In this document: positions 51,053-64,000 of the stretch, piece after piece
Position numbering within the stretch: the first letter of the stretch is position 1
Layout: every line of letters begins with the position of its first letter
Assembly: GCA_001179505.1 (NCBI GenBank)
Contig: CDMY01000389.1
Location: 1-64,000 of the forward strand
Source of the DNA: Vitrella brassicaformis CCMP3155
Taxonomy: Eukaryota; Protista; Chromerida
Reading direction: 5' to 3'
Length of the DNA: 64,000 nt
Program-made: the position numbers and the translations under genes
Notes under the pieces: generated by a model
The model's database searches: none
Told to the model about the DNA's origin: nothing
Seen by the model: the letters and a program-made list of their open reading frames with translations, nothing else

Positions 51053-54000
51053 ATGCGAGCTCGCGAGGCAGTGGGGAGGAAGATCTCAATGAGGAGGCAG
51101 GGGCAGAATGGCTCACGTCGACGTTCCCCTAGTCCTCTCTCCCCTCGATGGGTTCGTCGGGGGCGGTCACCGCCGCCCAGATCACCGCCGCCCAGATCAC
51201 CGCCGCCCAGACGGAGAGCATCTCGCTCACCGCCGCCCAGATCACCGCCGCCCAGACGGAGAGCATCTCGCTCACCGCCTCGGTTCACGAGCAGATCACG
51301 CTCAGGCAGACGGAGATCAAGATCACGATCACCGACACCATACGGACGAGGTATGGACAGCTGTCATGTCCACACAGACAGACAGACCAGGAACGTTCTT
51401 TTCTTGTTGTTTCTGCGCTGCTCGTGTGTGCGTCAGACCGTTCTCCCGCTCGAGAGAGGGAGCGCCGCAGGCTGCCAGTGGACAAGCCCATCGATGTGCC
51501 CTGGCTGGCCGAGATTCGTGACGAACACGCTGATCGGTTCACTGTGCTGTCGGTGCCATGGGACTGTCTGAGGAATATCGAGGGTATGCTGGAGAGGCCC
51601 AGCAGAGGGGTGCAGGCATTCTGTGTGGATCCGAAGGTCCCGCTGCAGGTGAGGAGGTGGAGATGGATGAGGCCCGGGGGGGCGCAACAATTGCGTGACT
51701 TGTGTTCGTTGCTTCCTTGTGTCAGCCTGGATCCAAGTTCCACGCGGAAGGCGCGCCTGGCCAAGTTGTCCTCTTTGCCATATTCGGGCAGAGGTAAGCA
51801 AGCCATTCATTCCACCGTGGCATCCGCCACAGCCATGGCCGCCCCGGCTCCCCGTCTGTGCATGTGTGTTGATGCAGTTTTGCGCGTCAGCTGTTCGCCC
51901 TGGAGGTGATGAGACAGGTGGAGAAAGTCCGGTGCGGCACCTACCCCCAGTACTCCGTCCCATACCGGCCTGTCGACAAACTGCCCGATCTCGACAGAGA
52001 GGAGGGCATCATCGAGGCAGAGCAGGACGACAGCAGCATCGCGCCACAGCAGTGCTTCGTCGGCAGTGACTATGTGGGCAACCTGCTCAAAGCGGCTAAG
52101 GTGTTCCAGGACGTTACCAACTGCGCCATCGTGGTGCTGGGGGACTCGGCCAGCAGCGTGGTCATACTTGGTGTGTGCACCCTGGTGCACACCGACCATT
52201 GATTGCTGAGTGTATGTGTGTGCGTGTGTGTGTGTGTGTGTGTGTTCGGCAGGGACTCCAATATCACGGGCATGGTGCATCAAGCTCCTGTGGGCCAATT
52301 GCAGGACGTTTAAGAGGGCATCGAAGGATGATGACACCAGTTTTCCGTCCATCAGAAGCGGCGATCTGAGAGACAGGTACAGAGCTGTGCATGGCCTCCA
52401 TCGATCAGGCAGCATCTGTGTGTGTCTGTGTGCCTGCCTTGCTTGCAGACGGTGTGTGCTCCGGCAGGGCCGTGCAGTGTTCGTCGTATCGGACCACAGG
52501 GATGTCGATCCGGACGAGATATTGGAGCACCTGAAAAGGAACAGGGCTGCACTGGTGTTTCGCTGGGACAACAAAGAAGGGTCGGCCACTCAGATAGACA
52601 GACAGGCAGGCAGAGAGACAGACATCCAGACAGGCCGACAGGCAGACGAAATGAAGGAGGGCGGCAAGGACTGGCGGCCGACCTCCGTTTTATGAATGTT
52701 CTGTCCTATTAGGTTGCCCCTGCTTGAAGAGGGTCGTCAGGTCCGTGTTGTGCTGGGCTGTAGGCCGTCCGACGCTGTCAACATGGCGCGTCACTTGTTG
52801 GACGCACTACCCAACGCGAGAGCCTTCCTCCTGCCGCCGAACCGGTGAGTTGCGCACATACGTTGTCTTAACTCGACATCCATCCATCTGGTTTTGTTCC
52901 TCAGCGATGATCTCCACTTTGAGCCCACGAATGACCTGGTCCCCCGCCCACCAACACAAGCTCCCCCCGGCCCCGCCCCCGCCCGGTCCCCTGCAGCAGA
53001 TCACCAGCCCCCGGTGGCCCGTCCGGCTAACCACCCTGACGCCCCCAAGGCGTCTTTCACCCATTCGCCCATCACACCGGCCGCTGCCTCTGCTCCCCCT
53101 ATTGCGCCCCAGCACCACCACCGCCCCTCCGGTCCCGGCCCTCCAAGCGCCCGCTCGCGTGACTCAGAGCATCCCCGCGAAGCCAAGTCCAGCAATGGCG
53201 CATACTTCGAGGGCTTCTTCGGCGACTCGCGCGAGGATGGGAAGGTCAAAGAGGAGAACGACGATGAGTACTTCGGCAACTCGCCCGAGGATGGGAAGGT
53301 CAAAGAGGAGAACGACGATGAGTTCTGGGCCCGTGCAAGACAGGCGCCCAAATCAGAAGCCGCCAGCATGGGCGAGGAAGGGCAAGAGGGGGATGGAGAC
53401 GAGCAGATGGACAGCGGGGAGGGTGACGATGGCCGAGTGGCGTGGGATGCGATGACGGTCGACGACCTGCACTTCATTCTGTCGAGCCACCCGTGCCTAG
53501 AGGTCAACAAGGTGGCTGACGCTCTCACCACGGGCAAAGTAAGGGGGACAGACCGAGGAGAGAGAGAGAGGGATGACACACTGGCTGGATGTCTGTGTCT
53601 ATTTGTCTATCAACAGACAAGCAAGGAGGGCTCATCGTCTTCGGCATCAAGCGGCAGTCTCTTATCCTCTTCTGACTGCAGCGGCTACACGCCCCAACAT
53701 CTCCTCGACGATCTCGCCGGCCCCCTCCCTCTCGCACTCCACCTGCGCCCCGCAGCCGACATGCGACACGCGCTTCTTCCCGTCACGCGCGTGGGCCCCA
53801 TGATTACCATCTATTTGACGCTGAGGCAGGTCCGTCGGCTGGCGGAGACGAGGGGCGGTGTCAGCCACGGCGACATTGCGGAGGTGCTCGAGAGCAGCCG
53901 GGAGGGCGATGATTGTCACAATCCTCTGGCTGCGGAGGATGTGTTGGCTGTGGGCGAGCTGTATGACATGCTCAAGACGGGCCAGGGGCTGGAGCCACTC

Positions 54001-54286
54001 GCGGAGCGACTCAAACAGGTGGGTGGCAGATCACAGGCAGCGTCCATCTAGCGAGGTGATGCATTTGTGTGTGTGTTTCTCGTGTGTATGTTGTCAGGAG
54101 AGGTTCACGAGTGTGTCGCTGGCTCACGTGTTGGACTCGCGCCTGCAGCCGGATGAGCAGAGGTGGCTGCGGTCGCTCTTCCGGATCGACCCATCGCGAC
54201 CCAATGCTGAGCTGGCGGAGCCTCTGATGCTGAGCAAGGACGTCTGGAGGCTGCTCTCCTTCCTATACGACGGCGGGGGAGACTGA
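51053..54286 (+). CDS. RS/Pro-rich protein with degenerate KH-like domains, copy 2
   Basis: RS-rich exon 1 and KH-like CFVGSDYVGNLLKAAKVFQDVTNCAIVVLG. Long exon 52894-54016 is paralogous to 46130-47176; last exon ends LYDGGGD*. Confidence 0.6.
51167..51279 (+). repeat. Modular 15-bp coding minisatellite (TCACCGCCGCCCAGA and CGGAGAGCATCTCGC units)
   Basis: Unit order A A A B A A B A'; encodes RSPPP and RRASR repeats. Confidence 0.85.
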
Positions 54287-55237
54287 CTGCTGTTGATGGG
54301 ATGGCTTGCAAGAGGGAAAATAGCCGTTGCATGTCAGCGTCGATAGCGCGGTGCGCCAAATGCATTTTTGCGTGTTGATTTATCGCATTCATGACGTCGT
54401 AGGTTAGGTGCGTACATGTATGTATTTGTCATCAGAAAGAAACAAGGACAGAGTAGGTTAGGCTCAATGGCTGGCTGTATGAGTGACTTCACGTCATGAC
54501 TCTTGTGTGGCATTTCATCGATTAGATTAGTGGTGACGGCAATCAGCTTCCAGATCTCAGAGGCAATATAATATTCGCAACATCTCGATATCTCTCACAC
54601 GCACAGGGTACACGGCAGAAGTCAGTCGAGTGGATGGCTACGAAAGGCAAGCTAGGAGACAGACATGTAGTGGATGAAAGACATTTAGAGGATTTGAAAT
54701 GTACGCTGCGACCCAAAAGCCTGCTCCTGTGTCTCCACCTATGCACCCATCGCCGCCTGCCCACCCACTCGCTCTCGGGCAGACTGAGAGGGCAGCCGAT
54801 GGCCTCGAGGTCCGTGGGGCACCTTCAGCATGTCCTTGCACCCCTACCCTGGCCGTCTTGTCAGCGTCAGATTCTCACTCTCGCCAGTCTTACGGGGTTT
54901 TCCTGCTCGCGCTGTCTCCTGCAGTCGCTGTCTTTTGTCTCCTCGCAGAAGGGCAGAATAGAATTGATGCGGTGGAAAGCGATGTTACAAGACCATTCAA
55001 ACATCAACATCCGCATGGCAATAAAGTTAGGATGCACTGACGACCCCCACCGGTCATTGCGTGTACACACACATACACAAATGCACTCCCCACACAAACC
55101 CTCATGCACCAACAGACAGGCCCTTTCTTTTGCAGAAAGGGCTCGGCTCAACTCGTATGGTTGTGTCTCCATCACATACAGCTAGTAGTCTACCTAGGGG
55201 TCTAGAAAGCCGGTTGGATGATCCATCTGAGAATGCA

Positions 55238-58200
55238 TCAAAACTCGAGAGAGATCAAAGTGTACACGTCAGCAAGATTCCCAACACTAGAGTCGAAGTA
55301 TTTGCCATTTGTCTCCTGCACCCATGGAACAGACAGACAGACAGACAGACAGTCAGAAGAATGCAGGAAACGTTGATGCAAGTGACGTCAGGAGATACGA
55401 TGGTCGATGGAAGGGGGAAAGAAAGAGGAAAACTCACCTCTGCGATTTGGCGAAGATATTCTGTGGCCTCTTCCCTCTGGGCTTCATTCATATTGCTGAG
55501 GTCGAAGCCGACCGTGTATATGTGTACCGCATCAGACGACTCCTGGTTCGGCAGGACGTTGTACACATCCTCCTTGCTAATGTGCCCAGCGTCCCTTGAG
55601 TCCACGCCGTCAGTCATGAGCACGATGTCCCAGGACTTGTCGAATGTGTCGCTGATATTGTTCCTCTTGTCATTGATGAGGTCGATGGCGTCCCTCGTGG
55701 CGTTGTATAAAGCCGTCGTTGACCCTGAATCATTGAACAGGACAGTGCATGGGGGTCCATTGGTGTGTGGTGCGCTCAACGTTTGCCCTGTGTCTGTATC
55801 GGCTCGCCAGGATCCTACCAATCAAGAGGTCATCGACCTCATTAAGAAGAGCTTGCCTCTTGTCTCTTATCAGCCCTGCAGTCGTAAGCCGATTAAGGCG
55901 CAATTCCCCCTCCCTCCCTTGCATGCGTGTCTCTCTCTGTGTACGCTGCTCATACCTGACTGCTGCTCAAGAAAAACCACCTCGAAGTTGAAGCGAATGA
56001 GATACAGCTTTGTGGAAACACACACCAGGCAAGCGCACTCAGTCGATGAACCTGTCAGCATTCTAGCTTGTGGCCTACCTCATCATGGTCCTGCATGGCG
56101 CCCAGAAAGTCACGCACGGCTGGCAGACAGGAGACAAGACACCAGCGCACGAATGCTGTGTGCGCAAAGTAAGTAACCTACCCTACCTGCTTTCATCTCA
56201 GCAGTCTTGGACCCAGTCATAGAACCGGAGACGTCTAGCACCAGCACCACCACGGCGGGCTTTTTGTTGGCCTTCCATGTGGTGATGACGGCGTCAATCA
56301 CGCTTGTGGTGGGGAAGGGCCTGACATCAAAAGCTTTCTGCTCATGCACGTGGCACGTCCGTCATATGAGAGGCTTACAGCTGAGGCGTCTGCTTGGCCG
56401 GTATCACACCATTCTCGAGCAGAAAGGGGGCCGTGCCTGCTCGACAGAGACACAAATGACATGGGCTGTCTGTTCAAAACGCCTTGATATCGATCGATCG
56501 ATCGATCGATCGATGACCTGCTGGGGATATTTCCCTCGTTGAATCCCACGCTCTGATGCCGTAGTCCAGCAAGCCATCAGCCCTGTCTGGTGGGTGTTGC
56601 AATCGTGCGAGGGAGGGAAGCATGCAATAGATACAACAATGCCAACTGTGGTATTTATTGGTGGCCAACCCACCCGAGTCAGTCGCATAAGCGATGAAAC
56701 TCTCGGCCGCTGCCACCTTTTGTGCGAGCACACTGGTGCGTGGATACCATCGACAGTTATGTGTCTCACCCACCTGTTCGGTGCTGGTCCACGATGCGCC
56801 GTCCTGATGCATCAACACATACGCAGCGGGCAGTCTGGATGATACATGTACCTTGGGCATGGGGCTGTGGATGGAGTGTGGCTTACGAGTATGCACAACG
56901 GGTGGTCCATGTAGTAGGTTCCGTCAGACGGGTAGATGAAGACAAAATCTGAACAATCAGTGGACAGACAGACAGACCCCCACTCGTACCACGCTGGCCG
57001 GTTGTTTGGTCGGCGTTTTGCTGGCTCACCATCGTTCCAAGCCGCTGCACGGCATTCGTGTTCCACACGCGTTCACAGACAAAGAGAAGACACCGCTGTC
57101 GCCTCCTGCCGCCAGCCAAGTCCGTGTCCGTGTGTCTCACCGACCTTTGGTGTTGTTGTTTTTGTTCCAATTTATCTGCAGCAAAGTCAGTCAGTGGAGG
57201 GACACACCGCTCAGTCAGAACGGACACAACACGAGCCATGGGAAGTCCGTCCATCTTTGGTCACTCGCTCACCACATTGGACTCATAATTCGCCACGGCA
57301 TGCAGATATCCCGGCCCATTCTGCACCATCCTGGTCCAGCCGCACACAAAAGCCATGGATTAATCCAGTCCTTCGAGGAAGCTCCTTGTATTGTACCTTG
57401 CCAGTATATCTGTGTCGATCTGTGCGATGAAGCAGGGACACATATATATGCAGAATTGTCTCCTTCAAGCGACCAATCGACTATCCATCGGCTGGGTACC
57501 TTCCCCATGTGGGTGACGCCCCTCGCAAGCGACCTGATGTCCTCAATAATTGCAGGATCTGTCAAGCCAGGGGCATAAGTCACATGTCTCGTGCGACTGT
57601 GTATCCTATCTTTTCTGCATCACCGTTCAGGTCATTTGCCTGCAGCACCTGATCGTCCCCCTTATATGCGTATATGGACGCCAGAAGGCTTAAGCGGCCG
57701 CTGTTGCTGCTCTCGGGGTGGCCGTGACCATACGCAAACCTGCCCCTGCCGGCCAGAGACTCGTTCACGGTCGCCCAGCCACTCTCGTTCTTGGCCAAAT
57801 CGGCGATCCGTCTCCAGCTTATGTCTGCATCAGGCCAACCCAGTGCCTCTGCAAACCTACACCCACACAGTGAGACAGGCAAACTGCTAACGCCCGTCAG
57901 TGGCATACGTGTCTCGGGCAGTTACTTGCGCCACATGGCTAAACCAAGCGGGCTGCCAAAAACAAGAGCACACATTGGATTGGATGAGGAGAGGAGACCG
58001 TGAATGGTATTTTTTCATTCCTTCTCCTGTGCATTCCATCCTCACTCACATGTTTGTTGTCGAGCTGCACTTGGTGCTGCGCACAAAGAAAAGAGACACC
58101 ACACACGTATCACTCGCACACGCCTAGCGGATGAATGCGCCACCCACCCACTCACTCACTCTATGTCAGTGACGAGGACTGAGCCCTCTTCGTTTTTTGA

Positions 58201-59240
58201 TCTCACCCACAGCCTGTTGGCGGGCGACCAGATCTGTGGCAGCAGCGACTGGTCCAGCGTGCTGCCCGTGTGGTGCACCGTCACCACCACCTGCTTGTTG
58301 TTGACCCTCATACTGGCGGCATTATAGTCATCCACCTGATTCCATCCAGCCAGCCAGCCAATCAATATCCGGCAGATGTGTCAGCATCTTCTTTCGTCGC
58401 ACCATTTGCTGCAGCCAGGGCTCTTTGGTGTTTGCTGACTGGATGACAAGGCTTGTTGTAGTGGGGGGGGCCTGGGTGGTGGTAGTGGTAGTGGTGGTGG
58501 TGGTGGTTGGCCTCCGCGTGGTGCTGCGGACAGACGAGGAGCTCGATGACGAGGATGAGCGGTTACCCAAAGCGGCACCAAGTATCCCGCCGATGAAGGC
58601 CACCATGATGGCCACAGAGAAGAGTGTGAAACACACAATCGCCGCTGGCTTGAGCTTCTGTCGCGACACACAGAAAAGCGCACCTGGCTGGCTGGCCCAT
58701 TCATGGTGTACAGAATATATCGCGTCCCTACCTTTCCGTCTGGCGTGAGTATGGTCCTTTTCCAGCAGTCAACGGCACTCTGCGCCCCACCAGGCGACCC
58801 AACCTGCACTGGTTGTGGCGGTGGCGGTTGGGGTGCGGCTGCGTAAGGGCCCTGGCCGTACACCTGCGGCTGAACGCCAACGGCATAGGGTGACTGGTAC
58901 GGCTGCACAAACAAATAGCATACAGACCACACAAATACACATGCATAAAGACAGATGAAAGGCGTATGTGGGGCTTGCAGGAAATGACCTGCGTCGCCTG
59001 GTATGGCCTTGCTGGTGGCCCAGGAGCGTAGGGCTGCACCTGAGGCTGACCGAACGGCTGCTGGAGTCCGGGCTGGGCAGGCTGCTGCTGCACGATGATG
59101 ACGGGCTGCTGCTGCACCGGCTGTGCGGCCTGTGTAGGCTTGCCATTGATGTTGGCGTGGCTGTCAAAGGACGGGGCTGCCCCTGTGGGTGAGTCATAAC
59201 CAGGAGGTGGACCCGAATAACGAGGTGGAGCTGACGCCAT
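55238..59240 (-). CDS. Bacterial-type extracellular solute-binding domain + von Willebrand factor A protein with a Pro/Gln-rich N-terminal tail and TM anchor (multi-exon)
   Basis: AEALGWP..ISW..IA.LA..GW, GHGHPESSNSG, MVQNGPGYLHAVANYE, FIYPSDGTYYMDHP, then KKPAVVVLVLDVSGSM (MIDAS), TALYNA, IVLMTDG, HIYTVGF, LRQIAE|ETNGKYF...VYTLISLEF*. TM segment IVCFTLFSVAIMVAFIGGILGAAL is followed by a Ser/Thr stalk. Confidence 0.8.
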
Positions 59241-60036
59241 TTCTTTAACAAGAAAGACGGAGAGACCCCCACCAGGCCCCCATGGCGATCGGCGTCTCTT
59301 CGGGATTTTCCTCATGGCGCTGGAAGGCCTCAGGGCTGGGAATGGTCTTAACCGCAAGGATGAGAGGAAATATGGTGGGGAAACGGAGACAAACCTGATT
59401 GTTGACGCCGGCTGGGTGGATGGATGGATGGATGGCGTGTATTCATTCATTCATTCGGCGTCCTCATGAAGACACTTGGCATTCATTTGGACGAGACTAG
59501 CATGTGCGTTTGACGGAGGAGGAGTTCTTTGAGCATGGTGGTGTGTCGACGAGCATTGCATTGACGCGATAAGTCAGTCCACGTTGTATATGCCCGACAC
59601 ACGCGTTGCCCAGCTCAACCAGCCCATGTATGTCAGCAGGAAAGAAAACTCCTCACGCGACGAGCGCCAAAACAGGCAGACATCTCATCCACACAAATTG
59701 CATCCACAGACACGGTCAGTGGCTTGGCTTCCTGTGCACGTGCAGTGTGCGGGCTAGTCGAGAAAGCTATCTCTCTGTAGTGCACAAGTGCGCCACTGTC
59801 ACACACGACATCATATGGTGTGAGTACCCTCGGCAGACCGACACGCAGACAGCCACTCCTTCAGCGCTATGGCAAGACTCATAAATACTACCATCCCATC
59901 CGTGTGGACACAGATGGATAAAAGAAACCCATAAATGGACGACTGCAGACAGGCAGGCAGGCAGGCAGGCACTCACCCACGAGAACACGCGACAAACAGA
60001 CGGACAGACCTCACAAATACTCGGTATCGACACTAG

Positions 60037-63000
60037 CTACGCAGGCAATTCAGCTGCCGACACGTTGCGACAGTCCAGTCTAAGCAACAAATACGCCACC
60101 AAGCGCTCCGCCCCGCGCTCCGCCCCGACAGCCATCAGCAAAGGAAGGGCGCGGGCATGGGCGCGGGAGCCCGGGCTGCGGCCACCGCTGGGTGCACTGG
60201 ATGGGCGATCACATAATGGATCTATCGGATGACACCCACACAGACACACAATGAGTGGTCTGCTCTGTTCATTGGGGCACTCCTTGCCATGTATATTTCT
60301 CACTCACTTGCGGCACCGCAGGGTGGGCAGCTTCCCCCTCAGCCTGGGCCCCCACGTCCGCCATATTGACGGGCTCGCCGGCGAAGGAGCCCCCCCAAGC
60401 ATCCTCCTGCAGGCAGGCAGGAAGGTAGACATCCGATAGACACGGCCGGTCATGTGGGTGCATTACTGGATTGAACGTCGTGACTCACCTCCCGGATCTC
60501 AGCCCAGGCTCCCTCCCCGATCTCCTTCCATCGGAAGGCCCGGTCGGCCGATGCGGGTGCTGCTGGGGGCGGCAGCTGCTGCGCCGACTGCTCATGCGGC
60601 AGCACGCAGGTCTGGCGGCGACGCAGGCGGCATGCCTTGGGCGGAGGGGGGATGGCGGGAATGGGCGGCGCCTCGTCATCGCTCATGGCTGGCGACACAC
60701 TCCGGGCGACGGACGAGCTCCCGTCCACGGTGGCGGCAGCTGCCATGATGGGGGTGGTGGGCGGCTGGGGGCTGGGTGGCGAGGGAGGCGTGGGCAACGC
60801 CTTCTCGGCCTTGTCGGCGAGCTGCTGGCGGAGCTGGCGGGTTAGCTGCCGCATATCGTTGATGCTCGCCTGCAGCCTAGTCACCTGCTGCTGCTGGGAG
60901 GCGACCTGAGGAAATCGGGAAGAGTCCTCTGATGATTGCATGTCGCTCGATGTGAGTGAGAGTCTCTTGTTACCTGTGTTCGAGAGGCCGCTTCGTTCAT
61001 GTGGGTCTCGATAAGGCGGCACACAAGCCTGCTCCACACCACACGACACGCATTCATGGCCGCGTGAGGGAGACCCCTCTCTCTGTGTATGTCGTTTGCT
61101 AAGGCACTCACTCACCACATCAGGCTTGTCAACACGACCACAGAACCCAAGATTGCGACCGTGCCCAGTGCCGCCATCGCCCCAACTCGTTTCCAGTAGG
61201 TCGTGTCGCCCTGGGCGGTCGGTGTTGCCGTGTGGTGGGGGTGGGGTGCGCCGTTGGTGGGTGTGGAGGGGCTGCTTGGGGTCTGTGCGGCACTGCCGGA
61301 GGGGAGGACGCCGCGTTCATGGAGACCCTGAACGAGAGAGCGCACCTCCGCCTCCAGCTTGCTGACGCGGCCCGTGAGCTCGTCACGTTGCTCTGTCAGG
61401 CTGGTCTTGACGTTGGCGCTGACGTCCTCTCCCCCGAACTCGTCATGATTGCGCAAAAGGCTGCCAGTGCTCCCCTTCTTGAGCTTCTTAGTAAAACGCG
61501 GCAGCCGGCCGAGACCTGCTGACCGCGGCGATTGCGGCGGGGGGCCGTCGGCGGGCCGACTGCCGAGCTGAAACCCACTGTCTGATGGGTCACCGGGCGG
61601 GTCGGGCGTGGGCTGGTGACCTGACACACACACACACAAAGGGAGAGAGGGAGAGAGAAGACGCATCAGTGTTCAGTGTGTCGTGGGTGAAGGTAGGTGG
61701 AGGTGGAGCCGCTGACACACTGAGGTGGGTGAGTAGATCACCATGGAGGTCAGAGCCGCTGAGTTGGTTTGGGTGCGGCCTCGAGCCCTTGACACAGTAC
61801 AGCAGCTCAGGCCTGTCAAGACACTGCGTCAGTGGCGACTGGAGCCTTCCGCACCATCCAGCAGTACGTTGACAGACCGCCTCAAACACACACATGTGTG
61901 TGGCGCAGGAGTCGAAACAGGGGTTCTTGAACACATTCAGGTTGCCTGACATGACACAACCCAGCCAGCCAGCCAGCCCACCAGACAGACAGATGCGGAC
62001 ATGACGTGGGGTACGCGGTGACAGACTTGTCCGTCCCGTCCCCCTCCCGCACACCGACCTGTGACAGCGTGTTCGTCGTGGAAGGGCAGAGACGTGGCGG
62101 TGTCGCAGCAGTCGTCCATGGCGGCGAGATGGTTCATGACCACATCTGCTATGGTGAAGATGCCGCTGTCGGCGCACCACTCGACCATGGTGCGCAGCTG
62201 GGTCTCGTTGCGTTGGATCTTCTTTTCTGAGACGAGCAGGTGGGTGACGGCCTCGTGTGAGTCGCGGAGGGCCTTGATCATGGCGGAGACGTCGTCCCAT
62301 ATCGGGAGGTACTTGTTGGGTATTCTGAGGTTGGTCAGGACCTTCTGGCTCAGTTCAAGGATGCTCTCGTCAGCCAACAGGTAACGGTGGAACGGACTGA
62401 TATCGGACGTTCTGCACGCACACACACACACACACACAGACACGGGTATGCGTCATGCCTGTGTTCGTCGGTGTGTGTCGAAAGATAGCCACCTGTGGTT
62501 GAGGAGCGGTGGGCGATTCGCAGCTCGATAGCATTCGAAACACGGGGGCCGCGAGATCGGGGCAGGTACACGCCTGACCAAACAAACGACACAAATGTGT
62601 GACCCCAGTCCCCATCCCCTCGCTGCCTCGCTGCCCAGACTCACCTTCTCTGAGCGTGAGTCGCTGTTGTGCGTCCCTGTGGGCCATCTCGGCCTTCGAA
62701 CTCTCAGCCCTCTCGTCCCCTTCCTGCGTACTATCTTCCTCCTCGTCGAGCTCATCATCGGTCACGCCATCAGCGTCATCGCCCTCGCCCGTCCCGTCCT
62801 CACGGCGCGCCATGAAAGCCAGGTGGTCCTGCCGCAGCCGGGCGGACAGGTGATGGTGAAGGTGCAGCAGCATGGTGCCCCACTGCATCATCGACAGCTC
62901 CACTGAGCGGGGCATCGGCAGGTCCGCAGGCACCACAGCCCGGCTCTCGGTCCGCATCAGATGCCACTCAGATACGGGTGCCGCTTCTGCTGTGCTGCCC

Positions 63001-64000
63001 AGGATGCCCGAGAGATCACTGTCACTGCTGCCTCCCTGCAGCTGCTGCTGCTGCTGCTGCTCATGTTCTCCTTCGTCACTTTCAACGTCGTCCTCGATGG
63101 TCAAAACGCCTTTCATTTCAGGGCAGCATTGGGCGCAGAGGTGCTCCAGCCCCTTGACAGCCTGGTTCCAATCCCACACCCCACTAGGGGACGGATCGAA
63201 CGACACATACTCAGACACAAGGTCGCGTGGCTCTGCTGCCGGTGCCGGTTCCATGAGGCCGCCAAGGGACAGAGGGGGCTGCTGTGGCTGTGGCTGGTTG
63301 TTGGCGTTGCGAGCGACGCTTCGTCGGTCCGCCACTTTGGTGGGTAGCATGTTGAGCCTCTGTCCCGCGACAACGGTGTCGAATATGTTGACAATGTAGA
63401 GACCCCACTCCCGCTGCAGACTGACAAAAGAGGGCGGACAGACAGACAGACAGACAGAGGACAACGACACAGAGATGTCGACTGGCCGTCTCCGTCTCTC
63501 TCTCTCTCTCTCTCTCTCCGTCTTCGTCTCTCTCACCGAATGACGATAGGGCTGGCGTTGTGCAGTACTTTGGTGACGGCCGGGTCCTCCACGACGTCCT
63601 TCAGCTCGCCCAGGACGCTCTCACGCACATCGTTGGAGCCAGCCAACAGACAGCCGAGGTCCAGCAGCAGGTGGGTCTCCTCAACCTCCCCCACACCATC
63701 GCCCCCATCGTTGCCGGCCGTGTGCAAGAAGGACAGGTGCAGCACCGACGTGCTGGGCACCCTGCACACATACACACACAGACACATACACACACACACA
63801 CACACACACGTGTAAGAATGGGATGGATGATGTCGGCAGCTTAGGCTGGCTCGCTGTTTTGTTGTCTGTCTTTCTTGCCTGGTGAGGCTGGTGGGGTGTG
63901 GGTGGAGAGTGACGGAGAGCCGACACACCTGACCTCCAGGAGAGATCCAGCTCCCTCTGCAGCAGACTGAACGAACAGCGGACGGACAGGTTTGTGAATG
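60037..64000 (-). CDS. Large uncharacterised multi-exon protein, 3' part (starts beyond window); one TM and coiled coils
   Basis: Exon ORFs 63533-63928, 62370-63536, 61937-62443, 61112-61666 and 60450-61118. TM VGAMAALGTVAILGSVVVLTSLMW; coiled coil LTEQRDELTGRVSKLEAEVRSL. Confidence 0.55.

Noticed and set aside
56489-56514. Self-complementary (ATCG)n tract as a hairpin or regulatory element
   Set aside because: An intronic microsatellite like many others in this genome.
1-64000. Transposase, reverse transcriptase, integrase, viral genes, rRNA or tRNA
   Set aside because: No DDE, YxDD, tyrosine recombinase, capsid or structural-RNA signatures were recognised by eye; tRNAscan, Infernal and RepeatMasker were not run.

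Overview
Eukaryotic, GC-rich, intron-dense protist DNA. Short GT-AG introns full of (GT)n/(CTGT)n microsatellites, a bipartite-targeted SufA and ApiAP2-like domains suggest a chromerid alveolate such as Vitrella brassicaformis (inferred, not verified). The ORF track is mostly exon fragments and antisense noise, so genes were rebuilt by hand from splice sites. Recognisable genes: PIG-S, a Kelch protein, a protein kinase, a Sey1/RHD3-like protein, a KH protein, LETM1-like, a TLC-domain protein, GFA/CENP-V, plastid SufA, and a bacterial-type solute-binding + vWA protein. There are also duplicated lineage-specific families (an F-box/LRR-like pair, AP2-like genes, RS/KH-like genes, TLDc-like relics) and three 300-N gaps. 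The main candidate novelty is at 9544-14275. What the ORF track shows as several ORFs splices in frame through 7 canonical introns into one ~1392-aa protein joining a bacterial-type DUF1853 domain, a Mut-7/EXD3-like DEDDy 3'-5' exonuclease and a YbaK/ProX-type aminoacyl-tRNA deacylase domain. An inverted duplicate of one of its internal intron/exon segments lies just upstream. No CRISPR array, rRNA, tRNA or intact transposase/RT was recognised.
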